From Saprolegnia diclina VS20 (Eukaryota), in NCBI RefSeq assembly GCF_000281045.1, contig NW_008246082.1:191279-227830 (forward strand): a stretch of DNA of 36,552 bases. The letters are read 5' to 3'. Made by a program: the position numbers and the translations under genes. Positions within the stretch are counted from its first letter, which is position 1. Each line of letters starts with the position of its first letter. This document shows, one piece after another, positions 26,059 to 36,552 of the stretch. The notes under the pieces were generated by a model that was given only the letters and a program-made list of their open reading frames with translations, did no database searches and was not told the DNA's origin.

Positions 26059-28001
26059 ATGAGGACCATTTTAGATTCGGTCATGTGGAAGCCCGTGTTC
26101 TTCGGCATCGTCGCCATCCTCGCGACGCCGCTGCTCGTGCTCTGGGGCGCCGCCGGCTGGGTCCTGACGCGCCCACCACTTGTAGCAGCAACAACGTCCG
26201 TCGCGGCCGTGCTCGCGCTGGCCATCGCCGCCTACGTCGACAACGCAACCATGCTCTTTGACGTTCCCGCCGTCCTCGCGGTCGCCCTGGGTCTCTTGAT
26301 GACGTTGCCAAAGAAGACGCTGTACAACTGGTCGCTTCTGATTGCCTTTCTGTCGTTTGCCATCGCGCGCCGCGTGTGCCTGCCGACGCCATCGACGTCG
26401 CTCGCCGGTACGCAACCTTGCCATGCGTTTTGCTCATATACCACATTATAGACTGGATCACAGTGCTGGGCTGCGTGGGCCTTCTCTGGAGCTATACTGC
26501 AACGCGGAAGCTATGGGTCTCGGCCAACCTCGAGACGCTCACGACGATCGAAGACCGCCTGTACAATGCGCACATCATGGCCGAGTATAAAATGCTGAAA
26601 ATCGGCGGCCTTGGCACCGTCCACGTCCCGTACTGCGGCGAGAAGCGCGACGAAAGCCGGTTGCCGCCGCTCAACCTCGTCTTGGTGCATGGCTACGCCG
26701 CCGGCAACGCGTTTTGGGCCACGGTACTTGACGTCTCTTACTCGCTCGTCCATCTGATGCCCGTGTGTAGAATTTGCAAACGTTGGCCAAGCACTACAAC
26801 GTCGTACGTTTAGTAGTCTCTCGTCCTGGGTGTCCATAACGTTCGTTCCATGGTCTGCAGTATGCGGTGGAGTGGCTGGGCATTGGCCGGTCGGACCGCC
26901 CCGACCCCAAGTTTGCATCGGTACCCACTTCAAATCCCGCAGGCGCAATACTTATTTGAATGTTTTTGGCTAGTATGACGAAGCCGATGCCTTCTTTGTC
27001 GATGCGATCGAGCGCTGGCGCAAGGAGATCCAGGTACCGTTCACAAAATTTGTCAATTTTCCGCTCACATTGTCGCAAATTAGCTCGACCACTTTGTGTT
27101 GGCGGGCCATTCGATGGGCGTACGATCTTTGCCTACGGTCTCGTCGTCTGAAATACCTATTAGGGTATTTTTGTGACGCACTACGCTGTCAAGTACCCGG
27201 AGCGTGTCGAGGTACACGCTTCGAACCTGTTTCAGCACGCCACTTATACTCTTTATCGAATGTAGCAACTCATCTTGATCTCGCCGGCGGGCGTCGGGTA
27301 TCCCCCAAAAGATGCGTCCGAGCCGCGCTCGTTCTTCTTCCGCATCGTACGCATGGGCTGGCGCGCCGAGATCACACCTATGGTACAAAACCCTCTCGTT
27401 TTGAGGATGAAATTCACCAAGGAGTAGGCCATTGTGCGCTATCTCGGTCCGTTTGGCCACAAGCTCGTGAGCTGGATCTTGCAGCGCCGCATGAGCTGGC
27501 TGCCCGACACGAGTGTGCTCAAGAGCGGGATCCTCGACCCTGCGCTCATTGCCGACTACATGTACCACAACTGGGCCCTGAAAAAGTCGGGCGACGTGGC
27601 CATGAACACGCATCTTTTGCCGGTACGACTTGAGAGTACTTGGCTACCGCTTGCAGTCGCCGACAAATGTCTGGCATTGTAGGGCGCCTTTGGCAAGCGG
27701 GCACTTCGAGACGCCTTGCTCCCGGGGCAAATCAAGATGCCCGTGACCTTTCTGTGCGTACCAAGATGGATCTGTCAATGGCGCTCAAAAATGAACTAGG
27801 TATGGCGGAGGGTCGGACTGGATGGACTTTAACCACGGCCAAGACGTTGTCGACCGACTCAAGAGTACGCAGTACGCGTCACTGCGCAAGGTACCCCTCG
27901 CCGGCCACCAAGTGTTTATGGACAACGCCGCTGCGTTTAATTCGATGCTCATCGACGCCATCACCGATGGCCTCGAGCTGCGTTCGTTCCGCACCGAGTG
28001 A
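26059..28001 (+). CDS. Alpha/beta hydrolase of the ABHD4/ABHD5 (CGI-58/Ict1/Cld1) family with a multi-pass N-terminal membrane region, multi-exon
   Basis: Motifs LVLVHGYAAG, WLGIGRSDRP, LAGHSMG (GxSxG), KYPERV..LILISPAGV and AGHQVFMDN (HX4D). TGA at 27999-28001. The first ~150 aa are strongly hydrophobic. Confidence 0.88.
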
Positions 28002-28489
28002 TCGTACTAACGTACAACAAAGTAATAAGTTGAATGCATTTTGCCTCTTGGTATATCGTCTAGTTGCACCATCTACATCACTTTTCCCTAGTAGACGCAG
28101 TGGCAACCACTGCGGTCAGCATCGATGAAGAGACCACGCGTGCAAGGGCCAGAGCCAAGAGTGCGGCCGCGTACGTTCGACGACGCCGGGCACGTGCACT
28201 GCGCGATGCGTTCTGACTTCAACCGCGCGCTCGCAGGGTTTTACTAGGGCTCGAAGCCCGACTGTAGGCGACGACCACATTTTCGCCTCTCAATTTATTA
28301 GTCGCAGAAGTAATAGCGATACGTTCGCACGTACTAGCAGCGCGAGATTGGGCCGCAAACTAGACTCTGAATACCAAGCGTCCACGCACGTTCGGAGGGC
28401 AGAAGCCTATTGTCCAAGACAGCCTCGCGCTCGAGAGGAAGAGAGGTCGTCATGTGTGCTGCTGTACAACTTGCATGACCGGTGGACAG

Positions 28490-29252
28490 GACTACAACGG
28501 CGATGACGTGTTAGGCGTATTCAGCGTCTCGATACTGCATTGTTCAATGACTAGAGTCCAGGATATCATCGATGCTTTGCAATGCCAGGTTTGGATCCGC
28601 GCAGTCCTGAGAGCGATCCACGTCATGATTCTTTTTAGCCAATCAGATGCCAAGGATATTTTGTCCGCGAAAATCATTTCACAATTCGCGCTGAAGAGAA
28701 GGCAAGAACCAGCAGCACCCGATGAGCCCCGCGACCGAAGACGAGAGGAACCTCCCGGAGACGCTCCGCGTAGCCATCGAGGCCTCCATGCGCCTCCGAG
28801 CAACCGACGAAGATGCGCTCAACCTCGCGGTAGAGCTGTTCAACAAGCACGCGACCGCGCTGGGCTTGAAGGACTGGATCATGGACGAGAGCAAGCTCAT
28901 AGACTCGGCGACGCTCCTCCAGCGCCTCACCGTGCTCAGAAGATGCTGACGCAGACGATCTGCGAGGAGTCGGCCGTGGACGATGCACCATCGCATGACC
29001 AGGTGGTTCCCCGTGCAAGCGGCGGCGCTGCCCTTTTTGGCCACTGCGTTGGGCTCCATAGCTCGTCTAAGGGCTTCGAGGCAACCATGTTGGAGCCACG
29101 AACGTGCTGTATGCTCGGGTCATGGACAATGCTGCGTGGCGAGCGCGGACCCTCGGCGGCCAGCTCGTGCAGGCCATGACAGGGCACGCGCAAAAGCTCG
29201 CCAAGATCTGCAGCGACGCGTTTGACGCGGTGCTGCAAACGATTATAGAGTG
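28490..29252 (+). pseudogene. Possible degenerate gene of unknown family
   Basis: Helical, coding-like segments (NLPETLRVAIEASMRLRATDEDALNLAVELFNKHA...; KLAKICSDAFDAVLQTIIE*) could not be joined without stops or frameshifts. Confidence 0.3.
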
Positions 29253-29556
29253 ACCGTAACCGTGACTGCTCGCGCACATCGTAACCTTTACGCGTTGCCT
29301 GAACTGGATGGATAGTTCAAGATTCCGCGTGTGCTCGACCTTGGGCGCAACAAACTGCTTCCGCTTTGTGGTAAGTGGAATTCTACCGAATATGTAACCA
29401 CATATCTGGGACATATCCAGTCCCAACGCTTTGTATCTACGCAAGATCCCTGAGGATCGTACCCTTTCGTGGTGCCCCAACCGTCACGTTCATTTTCCAA
29501 CTAGCGCATTTGGAAACGCTGCTCAGTCAGCAGCCACTGGCGAGGAGACAACAACC

Positions 29557-32500
29557 ATGAGCGTAGGCGACGACTCGATGGTTGGTATCATCGCGTCTGC
29601 GATTAGAGCCTCGGTCCCGAGCTATACAAATCGGCTTCGAGCGGACACGCGGCACGCGTGGCCTTCCTCATACAACAAGGTGCCAACGTCAACTGGAAAA
29701 CGGGGGTAATGCAGATGGGTGTGTGGATGTTGGTGTAGCAATGTCTAGGACGGAACGACACCCCTCTACATTGCGGCGAGGTGGGGCCAAGAAGACGTCG
29801 TCAGCCTTCTTCTGCAAGCTGGTGCCGACCCCCACGTTACTTGCGTGCGTTGCAACTTGGTGTTGAGACGTCATTCCAAACAATCTATGTGGCTAGTACG
29901 ACGAGACACCGTACGCGGTTGCGCATGCCAACAACTACTTTAGCACAGCTCAAGTTCTCAAGTGGGCCATGCACCGTGAACCCGCCCCCGCCGAGGTGGC
30001 TGCCGCACAACAGAACAGCAGCAACTGCGCGCGAAAGGTACGTCTTTGCGGTCGTGACTGCGTCGACAATAGTGGTTAGGAAAGCCTCGGGGGTTGCCTG
30101 TACAAAGCAGCACAGCTTGGCGATGTGGGCCGAGTGCGAGAGCTGCTCGGCCAGAGCGCCGATGTCGAATGGCGCCACTCGGTAACCGCCGGTGCAACGA
30201 CGACGACTGACGACCGCATGCTCTAGGGCGGGTTCACGCCGCTCTCCGCCGCCGCTTTCAACGGCCACGATGACGTTGTGGGCCTCCTACTAGATGCCCA
30301 CGCAAACGCCGACGACGTCTCCAGTGTGAGTCCACACAACAACGTATTAGGAGCAGTATACCACACAGTGATCGCCAAGTAGAATGGCGTCACACCGCTC
30401 ATTGTCGCAGCGCTTGAGGGTCACGTCATGGTCGTGCGGCTCCTCCTCGGCGCTACTGCCAAAGTCAACTGGAGAGACAATGTACGACCTGAAGACTTCA
30501 CCGCGATGACGTCATCATCGCAATTCACTAAAACTGCGACCTAGGACGGCGATACAGCGCTGCACGTTGCGTCGCGGACCGGACGTGCTAACGCCGTGCA
30601 GCTGCTCCTGGGCGCAGGCGCCGACGTCAACCTGAAAAACAGTGTACAACCCGAAGTCGTTATCATTGCTAAATCTATTACCCAGATCGGCAATACGGCG
30701 CTGCACGAAGCGTCCCGAGAGGGTCATGCTACCGCCGTGCAGCTGCTCCTGAGTGCAGGCGCCAAAGTCAACTGGCTATACAATGTACGACCCGAAAACG
30801 TTATCACGATGACTACATCGTCGCAAATCGCTCAAGCAACGACTTAGGACGGCAATACAGCGCTGCACATAGCGTCGAGCCGAGGCCATGCTGACGTCGT
30901 GGAGCTGCTCTTGCACGCAGGCGTCGACGTCCACCTGAAAAACATTGTACGACCCGAAAACGCTATCACGAAGACGACGTCATCGCTTAAACTACGACCC
31001 AGATCGGCAATACGGCGCTGCACGAAGCGTCTCGAAAGGGCCATGCCCCCGCCGTGAAGCTGCTCCTGGGGTCAGGTGCCAAAGTCAACTGCAGCAACAG
31101 TGTACGACCCAAAGACTTTATCACGGTGACGTCACCATCGCATATCGCTAAACCTACGACCTAGGACGGCAACACGGCACTGTACCTTGCGAGGAAGGCA
31201 GGACATGTTGACGCCTCGAATGTGCTCCTAGGCACTGAGCCGCGTCTAGAAAAGGCAGTCCGCAGCGACAAGGTCGGACAGGTCGAGAGCGTGCTGCGTA
31301 CCTACAGCATTACCGTGGACGAGCGACTGCGGGGAGTCGACTTTGCGAGTCCTTGGGACGGCGTCTCACTCGTGGCGCACCCGGCGTTGCAGCAAGAGCT
31401 CACGTCCAAGCTCCAGTGTGTGTCTTCCCGAGCCTCGCCGTTCGCGGGCATCAACCTGCTTCGCACCTTGCAGCTCTCGAAGCCGATTCCCGAGCTCGAC
31501 TTGTTGTACGCGCTCGAGCTGCTTCACTTGCCCGGCGACGATGCAGCCGCCGTGACGAGCCACATTGAGAGCTACTTGCGCCACTTGGTGCTCACGGGCA
31601 ACGCCGCCCACCCGATTCTGCTGCTCGCCTTGGGTCGCTGGCTAAAGGACTTTGCTTTTGTGAAGGCGTTTGCGACCAAGTACCCGACCGCGACAGACGC
31701 ATGGCTGCTTCCCACCGAGAAACAACACCTTGCGCCGGCGCAAGCCGAGTCACCATCGCCGCACACGGACCCGTGCATTCGGCAGCTCTGGGCGACGTTA
31801 CCCGGGAAGCCACCAGCGGCCGTGCCAGCCATGGACGCCCTCTTAGATCTCGTGGGCATCCCAAAAGTCAAGCGATTTGCCATTGGGCTCTTCCAAACCG
31901 CAGCGGCGCTCGCGCAGATGACGCCCGAGACGCGGCAGAAGAACCCGATTTCCTTAAACTACTGCTTTGTGGGCAACGCGGGCACGGGCAAGACCACGGT
32001 GGCGCGCCACTTTGCGACGCTGCTCCACGCCTCAAAGCTGCGCTCCAAGGATGTCTTTGTTGAGACAGATGCGCGGCAGCTCAAGGACGCCGGTGCACCA
32101 GCATTCGACAAGCTCGTGCAGAGTGCTTTGGACGGCGTCCTCTTCATCGACGAGGCGTATGATCTTGACCCGGTGGGCGACCTCCGCGGCAAACCGATCG
32201 TGGCCGCACTCCTCACCGCGGCCGAGAACCTCCGGGATCGCATCACGATCATCCTCGCGGGCTACGAGACGGACTTGCAGACCAAGCTGTTTGACTTCAA
32301 CGCTGGTCTCAAAAGTCGTTTTCAGTTTGTGACGTTCGAGGACTTTGATGTGACGGAGCTGGCCGAGGTCTGCCGCCAGCAGGTCGCTGCCCGCGGCTGG
32401 ACGGCTCCAAAAGCGCTAGCGACGCTCGTCGCCAAGAAACTCATCATCGGCGCCAACACCAAGGGTTTCGGTAACGCGCGGTCGGTGCGGCAGGAGGTAG

Positions 32501-34617
32501 AGGCCGCCACGCAGCGGGCCATGGCGCGACCCACGTTTCGCGGCCAGTCGCTGGTGCTGTGTCTGGAAGACGTTTTGGCCGAGCACGTGTCGGGAAACCC
32601 CAAGCTGCAACGCTACATGGCCGAGCTGGAGGCCAAGATTGGCTGGGCCGCTGTCAAGAAGAGCGTCAAGGAGCTGCTCGCGCTCTGCGCCAAGAACCAA
32701 GAGCGCACGCTCACGGGCAAGGCGCCGCTGCCCGTGCGCCTCCACCGCCTCTTCCTCGGCAACCCCGGCACGGGCAAGACGACGTGCGCGGCGCTCTACG
32801 GACGCATACTCAAGGAGCTGCGCCTCCTCTCGGGCGGCGACGTTCTGCTCAAGACGGCGAGTGATCTCATGGGCGACCACGTCGGCGACGCGCAAAAGCG
32901 GACACTTGCAACGCTCGAGCAAGCCAAAGGCAAGGTGCTCGTCATCGACGAGGCTTATGTGCTCAACGAGGGGAGCTACGGCAAGGAGGTCCTCAACGTC
33001 CTCGTCGAGAAGGTGCAGAGCACAGGCCGCGAAGACATTGCCGTGCTCCTCCTTGGGTACGAGGCGCAAATGCTGACCATGCTCCGGGAGCAAAACCCGG
33101 GGTTGGCCCGCCGATTCCCGCGTGAAGCCGCCTTTGTTTTCGAAGACTACTCAGCCTTGGAGCTGCTCCAGCTCCTCGAGTACACGTGCAAGCAAGAAGA
33201 CGTCACGTGTTCGTCCATGGCGATGGAGGCCGCGCTCAACGTGCTCGAGAAGCAGAAGACGTTAGCCAACTTTGGCAACGCCGGCGCCGTCAATACACTG
33301 GTGCACCGCGCAATGGCCAAGGCATCGCTGCGCCCTGGCACCTGCATCGTTCTCGGACCCGACGATTTCACCGAGGTAAAAAAAGCAGTCTCAACCGACC
33401 CATTTGCAGCCCTCGACGGTCTCTTTGGCATGACAACCGTCAAGAAGGCGCTATTGAGTTTGCGCAACGCGATGCTCGTGGCACGCGCCGACGGCGATGC
33501 GCTGCCAACCCTTGGCCACTTTGTCTTTCGAGGGTCCCCTGGCACGGGCAAAACCACGGTCGCGCGGGCGCTGGCGACCATCTTGTTCCAGCTGGACTTG
33601 CTCACAGTGGAGAGTGTCGTGGAAACGACGGGACTCGAACTCATGGGCAACTTTGTCGGCCAGACCAAGACCGTCGTCCAGGAAAAACTCTCGGCGGCCA
33701 ACGGCGGCATCCTTTTCATCGACGAAGCGTACGCGCTCGCGGATGGTCCGTATGGTCGGGACGCCGTCGCGACACTTGTCGCGGCCATGACCGATCCAAC
33801 GTACAAGAGCCTCGTGATGGTTGTCGCCGGGTATCCGCGCGAGATGGACGCCATGCTCAACACAAATGGAGGGCTCAAATCCCGCTTCACTCGCTTCTTT
33901 GACTTTCCCGACTGGTCGCCGGAAGACTGCGTCGTATTTGTCAAGACGACGATGGACAAAAGCAACTTTGTAGCGGACGAGAGCGTCCACGAGGCGCTCG
34001 CCACCTACTTTGGCGTGCTGCGCCAGCTCCCAGGCTGGGGCAACGGCCGCGACGTCCAGAGCGTCTGGAAAGCCGTCCTCGGGGCCCGCGCCGACCGCAT
34101 CGCAGGGCTCCCGGCGCAGCTGCCAAAGATCATCCTCGAGGCCGACGTGGACATTGCGTGCGATGAGATCGTGCGCGCCCGATCCGCCCCCGTCACACCG
34201 CTGGCCGCAAAGGTGACGAGCATGTTTGTCGAGGAGGTGGCTACGGCCGTGGCCCCTGCTGTGGCGTCGCGCGCCCCCGAGCGCACGAAGAAAGGCAACG
34301 TCGAGGCCAGTCACACTCGTGAGAAGGCCGCGATGAAGACGTGCCAGCGCGATGCCGGCGTCTCGGACGCGGACTGGGCCGAGCTTGAGGCGGCCAAGGA
34401 GGCCCACGAAGCCCATCTGGCACAGTGGCATCGCGAGCTCGACGCTCAAGCGCTGGCCAAGAAGCTCCAGGAAGAAGCCGAACTTCGAGAGCGCATTCGC
34501 AGTCTCTGCAAGTGCCCGATGGGATACGAGTGGATCCAGCTCTCAGGAGGCTGGCGCTGCAGCGGTGGCAGTCACTTTGTCACGGACGCAGAACTCAACG
34601 CCAAGTTCACCGCATAA
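29557..34617 (+). CDS. Ankyrin-repeat protein with three CbbX/CfxQ/SpoVK-type AAA+ domains and a C-terminal Cys/His motif (12 exons)
   Basis: Exons 29557-29562, 29607-29705, 29749-29844, 29897-30037, 30080-30181, 30227-30325, 30383-30481, 30545-30643, 30686-30784, 30848-30946, 31003-31101 and 31165-34617, all with GT-AG phase-0 introns. Walker A motifs GNAGTGKT, GNPGTGKT, GSPGTGKT; Walker B IDEAY three times; tail CKCPMGYEW...GGWRCSGGSH. Confidence 0.9.
30383..31230 (+). repeat. Tandem exon+intron duplication array encoding ankyrin repeats
   Basis: 99-nt exons are separated by homologous introns (63, 42, 63, 56, 63 nt). They begin gtac(g/a)acc(c/t) and end in acctag, acttag or acccag. The two-exon period is 303 then 317 nt. 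Confidence 0.9.
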
Positions 34618-34945
34618 GCCGTACATTGTTGAAGTCCACCGCAAGTCGGACTTTAGTCTAGTCAGAGCTCAGCTAGCGTAGGTTACATACAACAAGGTAA
34701 TGTATTTCAAGTGCGAGGGATTTGGATGGAGCAGGACGCAGTTAACGGCAGTCTCCCCTAGGATTCCCAGCCTTTCTCAAGGTACCGAGGCTCATCGAAG
34801 TTCTATTGGCAAGCGCATCGCCTGGAGCTCAATCGAACCAAGTCAATACATGATGATCAGCCCTCCATCAGGCGCACGAGTCTCTCATTTGAATTCGCGA
34901 CAATGCGGCAGTCGAGTCAATCACGTTGTGGCAACAGAAGCACCG

Positions 34946-35640
34946 TTAACGAGGCAAACGCTCGAGCTGTGTTTCAATGTCTTCGAGGTCGTGGGCGTAC
35001 GAGCACGAAATTCTGGTGCACTTGCGCCTGTTGTGGTTTCGCGCAAGCTCGGGCTGGCTGTTGGCAATGACGTACTCGCGCAGCGGAAGCAACTTGGTCA
35101 CGCGCGGCAAGGCCCAACCAGGAAAGATCGTCTCAAATTCTCGGTACGATCGGTAGGATCCATCACCATTCGGAATCGCGATGAAGTTTGTTCTCGACCA
35201 CGCCAGTTGCGCAACTCGATGCACAAAGCTCCTTCCGGGACACATCGTTCGTCGACAAGTTTCTCGCAGATCGATCGACGCCTCGCGCAAGGCCAATCCA
35301 CCGCTCGCCACGCAAGTGCCAAAGCGTTTGCATGCCGTCATCTACGACAGTGGGATCTTTACCCCCGACGAACGTCGACTCTTGACCAGCGAGTCCGGGG
35401 TAAAGATATGGTTGCTATGGATGACGGCATGCCAAAGCTTCAACATTTGCATGGCGAGCGGCGGCTTGGCCTTGCGCGCCTTGTCCAAAATCTCGTCAAA
35501 AGAAAAGCCGCCATTTTCTTCTGTGGACCGCACGATGGCCACTGGCAAGGCGCCATGCTCGGGCGAGGGAGCCGGTTGTACCACCGGCTACATGTTGGCA
35601 ACGCCTAGCGGCGACGCGACTACTGGCGATACCGGTACGA
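34946..35640 (-). pseudogene. Degenerate gene of unknown family, interrupted by stops and an inverted paralogous segment
   Basis: Coding-like pieces GFSFDEILDKARKAKPPLAMQMLKLWHAVIHSNHIFTPD and YRSYREFETIFPGWALPRVTKLLPLREYV lie in one frame. In-frame TAGs occur at 35588-35590 and 35342-35344. Confidence 0.5.
35285..35477. repeat. Imperfect inverted repeat with 81-bp arms and a 31-nt spacer
   Basis: 35285-35365 aligns without gaps to the reverse complement of 35397-35477, with 63/81 identities by manual count. Confidence 0.9.
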
Positions 35641-35643
35641 CTA

Positions 35644-36041
35644 GACAGGATGTTGGATGTTGTGAAAGTGGATGTTGTGAAAGTAGATGTTGAGAAAGTA
35701 GACAGGATGTTGGATGTTGTGAAAGTGGATGTTGTGAAAGTGGATGTTGTGAAAGTAGAGAACAGGATGTTGGATGTTGCGAAAGTACTTGATCTACATG
35801 TAGTCGAGTACCTACTAGTAGGCTCCCAGAACCTGAGCTGTGCGAGTGGGTTTGTCATTTAAGTAGAGAGGATTTAGACAGGATGTTGAGAAAGTAGACG
35901 GGATGTTGGAATTTGTGAAGGTGGATGTTGTGAAAGTGGATGTTGTGAAAGTGGATGTTATGAAAGTAGATGTTGAGAAAGTAGAGAGGATCTAGACAGG
36001 ATGCTGAGAAAGTAGACAGGATGTTGGATGTTGTGAAAGTA
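35644..36041. repeat. Minisatellite with 15-nt unit GATGTTGTGAAAGT(G/A) and 12-nt GACAGGATGTTG variants, in two blocks
   Basis: Blocks at about 35644-35788 and 35861-36041 are separated by about 70 nt of unique sequence. Confidence 0.92.
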
Positions 36042-36304
36042 GCGCAGAGGCGTCGATGTCAACCTGACGTCAAATCAAGTCGAGCGGACGACGTGCCTTG
36101 AAATCCTTGGCCATCGTTCCGTGTGCGCTTGTGGACTGTATACCACTTCACGCGCCCTGGATCAAGAGCGCGGGGTCGAAGGGATGCCATACAAAGCAAT
36201 CAAACGTCCAGCTTCCGAGGTGAGATCTGTGGTAGGTGAGTAGGTAAGAAGCAATGTACTACTAACAGCAACATCATAATGGATGTAAATACGTTTCTTG
36301 CTTA

Positions 36305-36552
36305 TCAAATCAACACCTCGACGCCGCAGTCGTAGCAGAACTGGACGAGCGTTAGCTGGTCGTGGTCCATGGCCCACGCAGCAAGCGCGCGCAAAAACTA
36401 CGCACCGCATCAGGATCATCATCCTTCCCTACAACGTACTGTGGTCTGGTGCGCAGGGTGCAACCCGACAGCGAGTACGAGGCGCAAGGCTTCGAGCACA
36501 AAGCCGTTGAGCACCAGCACCGAGAGCGCCGCCAGTGGACCACCATCGTTGA
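36305..36552 (-). CDS. Possible 3' portion of a gene entering from the right edge
   Basis: ...DGGPLAALSVLVLNGFVLEALRLVLAVGLHPAHQTT, then an intron gtacgt...gcgtag, then FLRALAAWAMDHDQLTLVQFCYDCGVEVLI*. The true 3' end is uncertain. Confidence 0.4.

Noticed and set aside
30383..31230. CRISPR-like repeat/spacer periodicity
   Set aside because: It is fully explained by ankyrin exons alternating with GT-AG introns.
34700..35608. 302-aa plus-strand ORF
   Set aside because: No motifs are recognisable, and it overlaps the degenerate minus-strand gene and the inverted repeat.
34946..35640. Crinkler (CRN) effector call, or stop-codon readthrough at the two in-frame TAGs
   Set aside because: No LxLFLAK/HVLV motif is seen. 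One TAG lies inside the inverted segment, and TAG terminates several normal genes in this window.
35644..36041. CRISPR array or telomere
   Set aside because: The units are contiguous with no unique spacers, there are no cas genes, the context is eukaryotic, and the unit is not TTTAGGG-like.

Overview
Eukaryotic, GC-rich, gene-dense window with very short GT-AG introns (about 39-65 nt) and oomycete-style Inr/FPR promoter motifs. It is most consistent with a saprolegnialean oomycete (inference). The ORF track is mostly exon fragments and antisense shadows, so gene models were rebuilt by hand. The left part is housekeeping: a partial BtuF-like binding protein, tRNA-Val(TAC), a DEK-C/TFIIS-N protein, tubulin cofactor D, coproporphyrinogen oxidase, molybdenum cofactor sulfurase and an OS-9/ERLEC1-like lectin. 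The right part holds the two most unusual genes. The first is an intronless ~1452-aa fusion of four winged-helix-like repeats, an intact Egalitarian/EXD1-type DEDDy 3'-5' exonuclease and a MOV10/SDE3 RNA helicase, ending in a CaaX box. The second is a 12-exon gene in which ankyrin repeats are encoded one per phase-0 exon (mostly 99 nt, with duplicated introns), spliced onto a triple CbbX-type AAA+ module with a Cys/His tail. After it come a degenerate gene containing an 81-bp inverted paralogous repeat and a 15-nt minisatellite. All domain calls come from motif recognition by eye; no searches were run.
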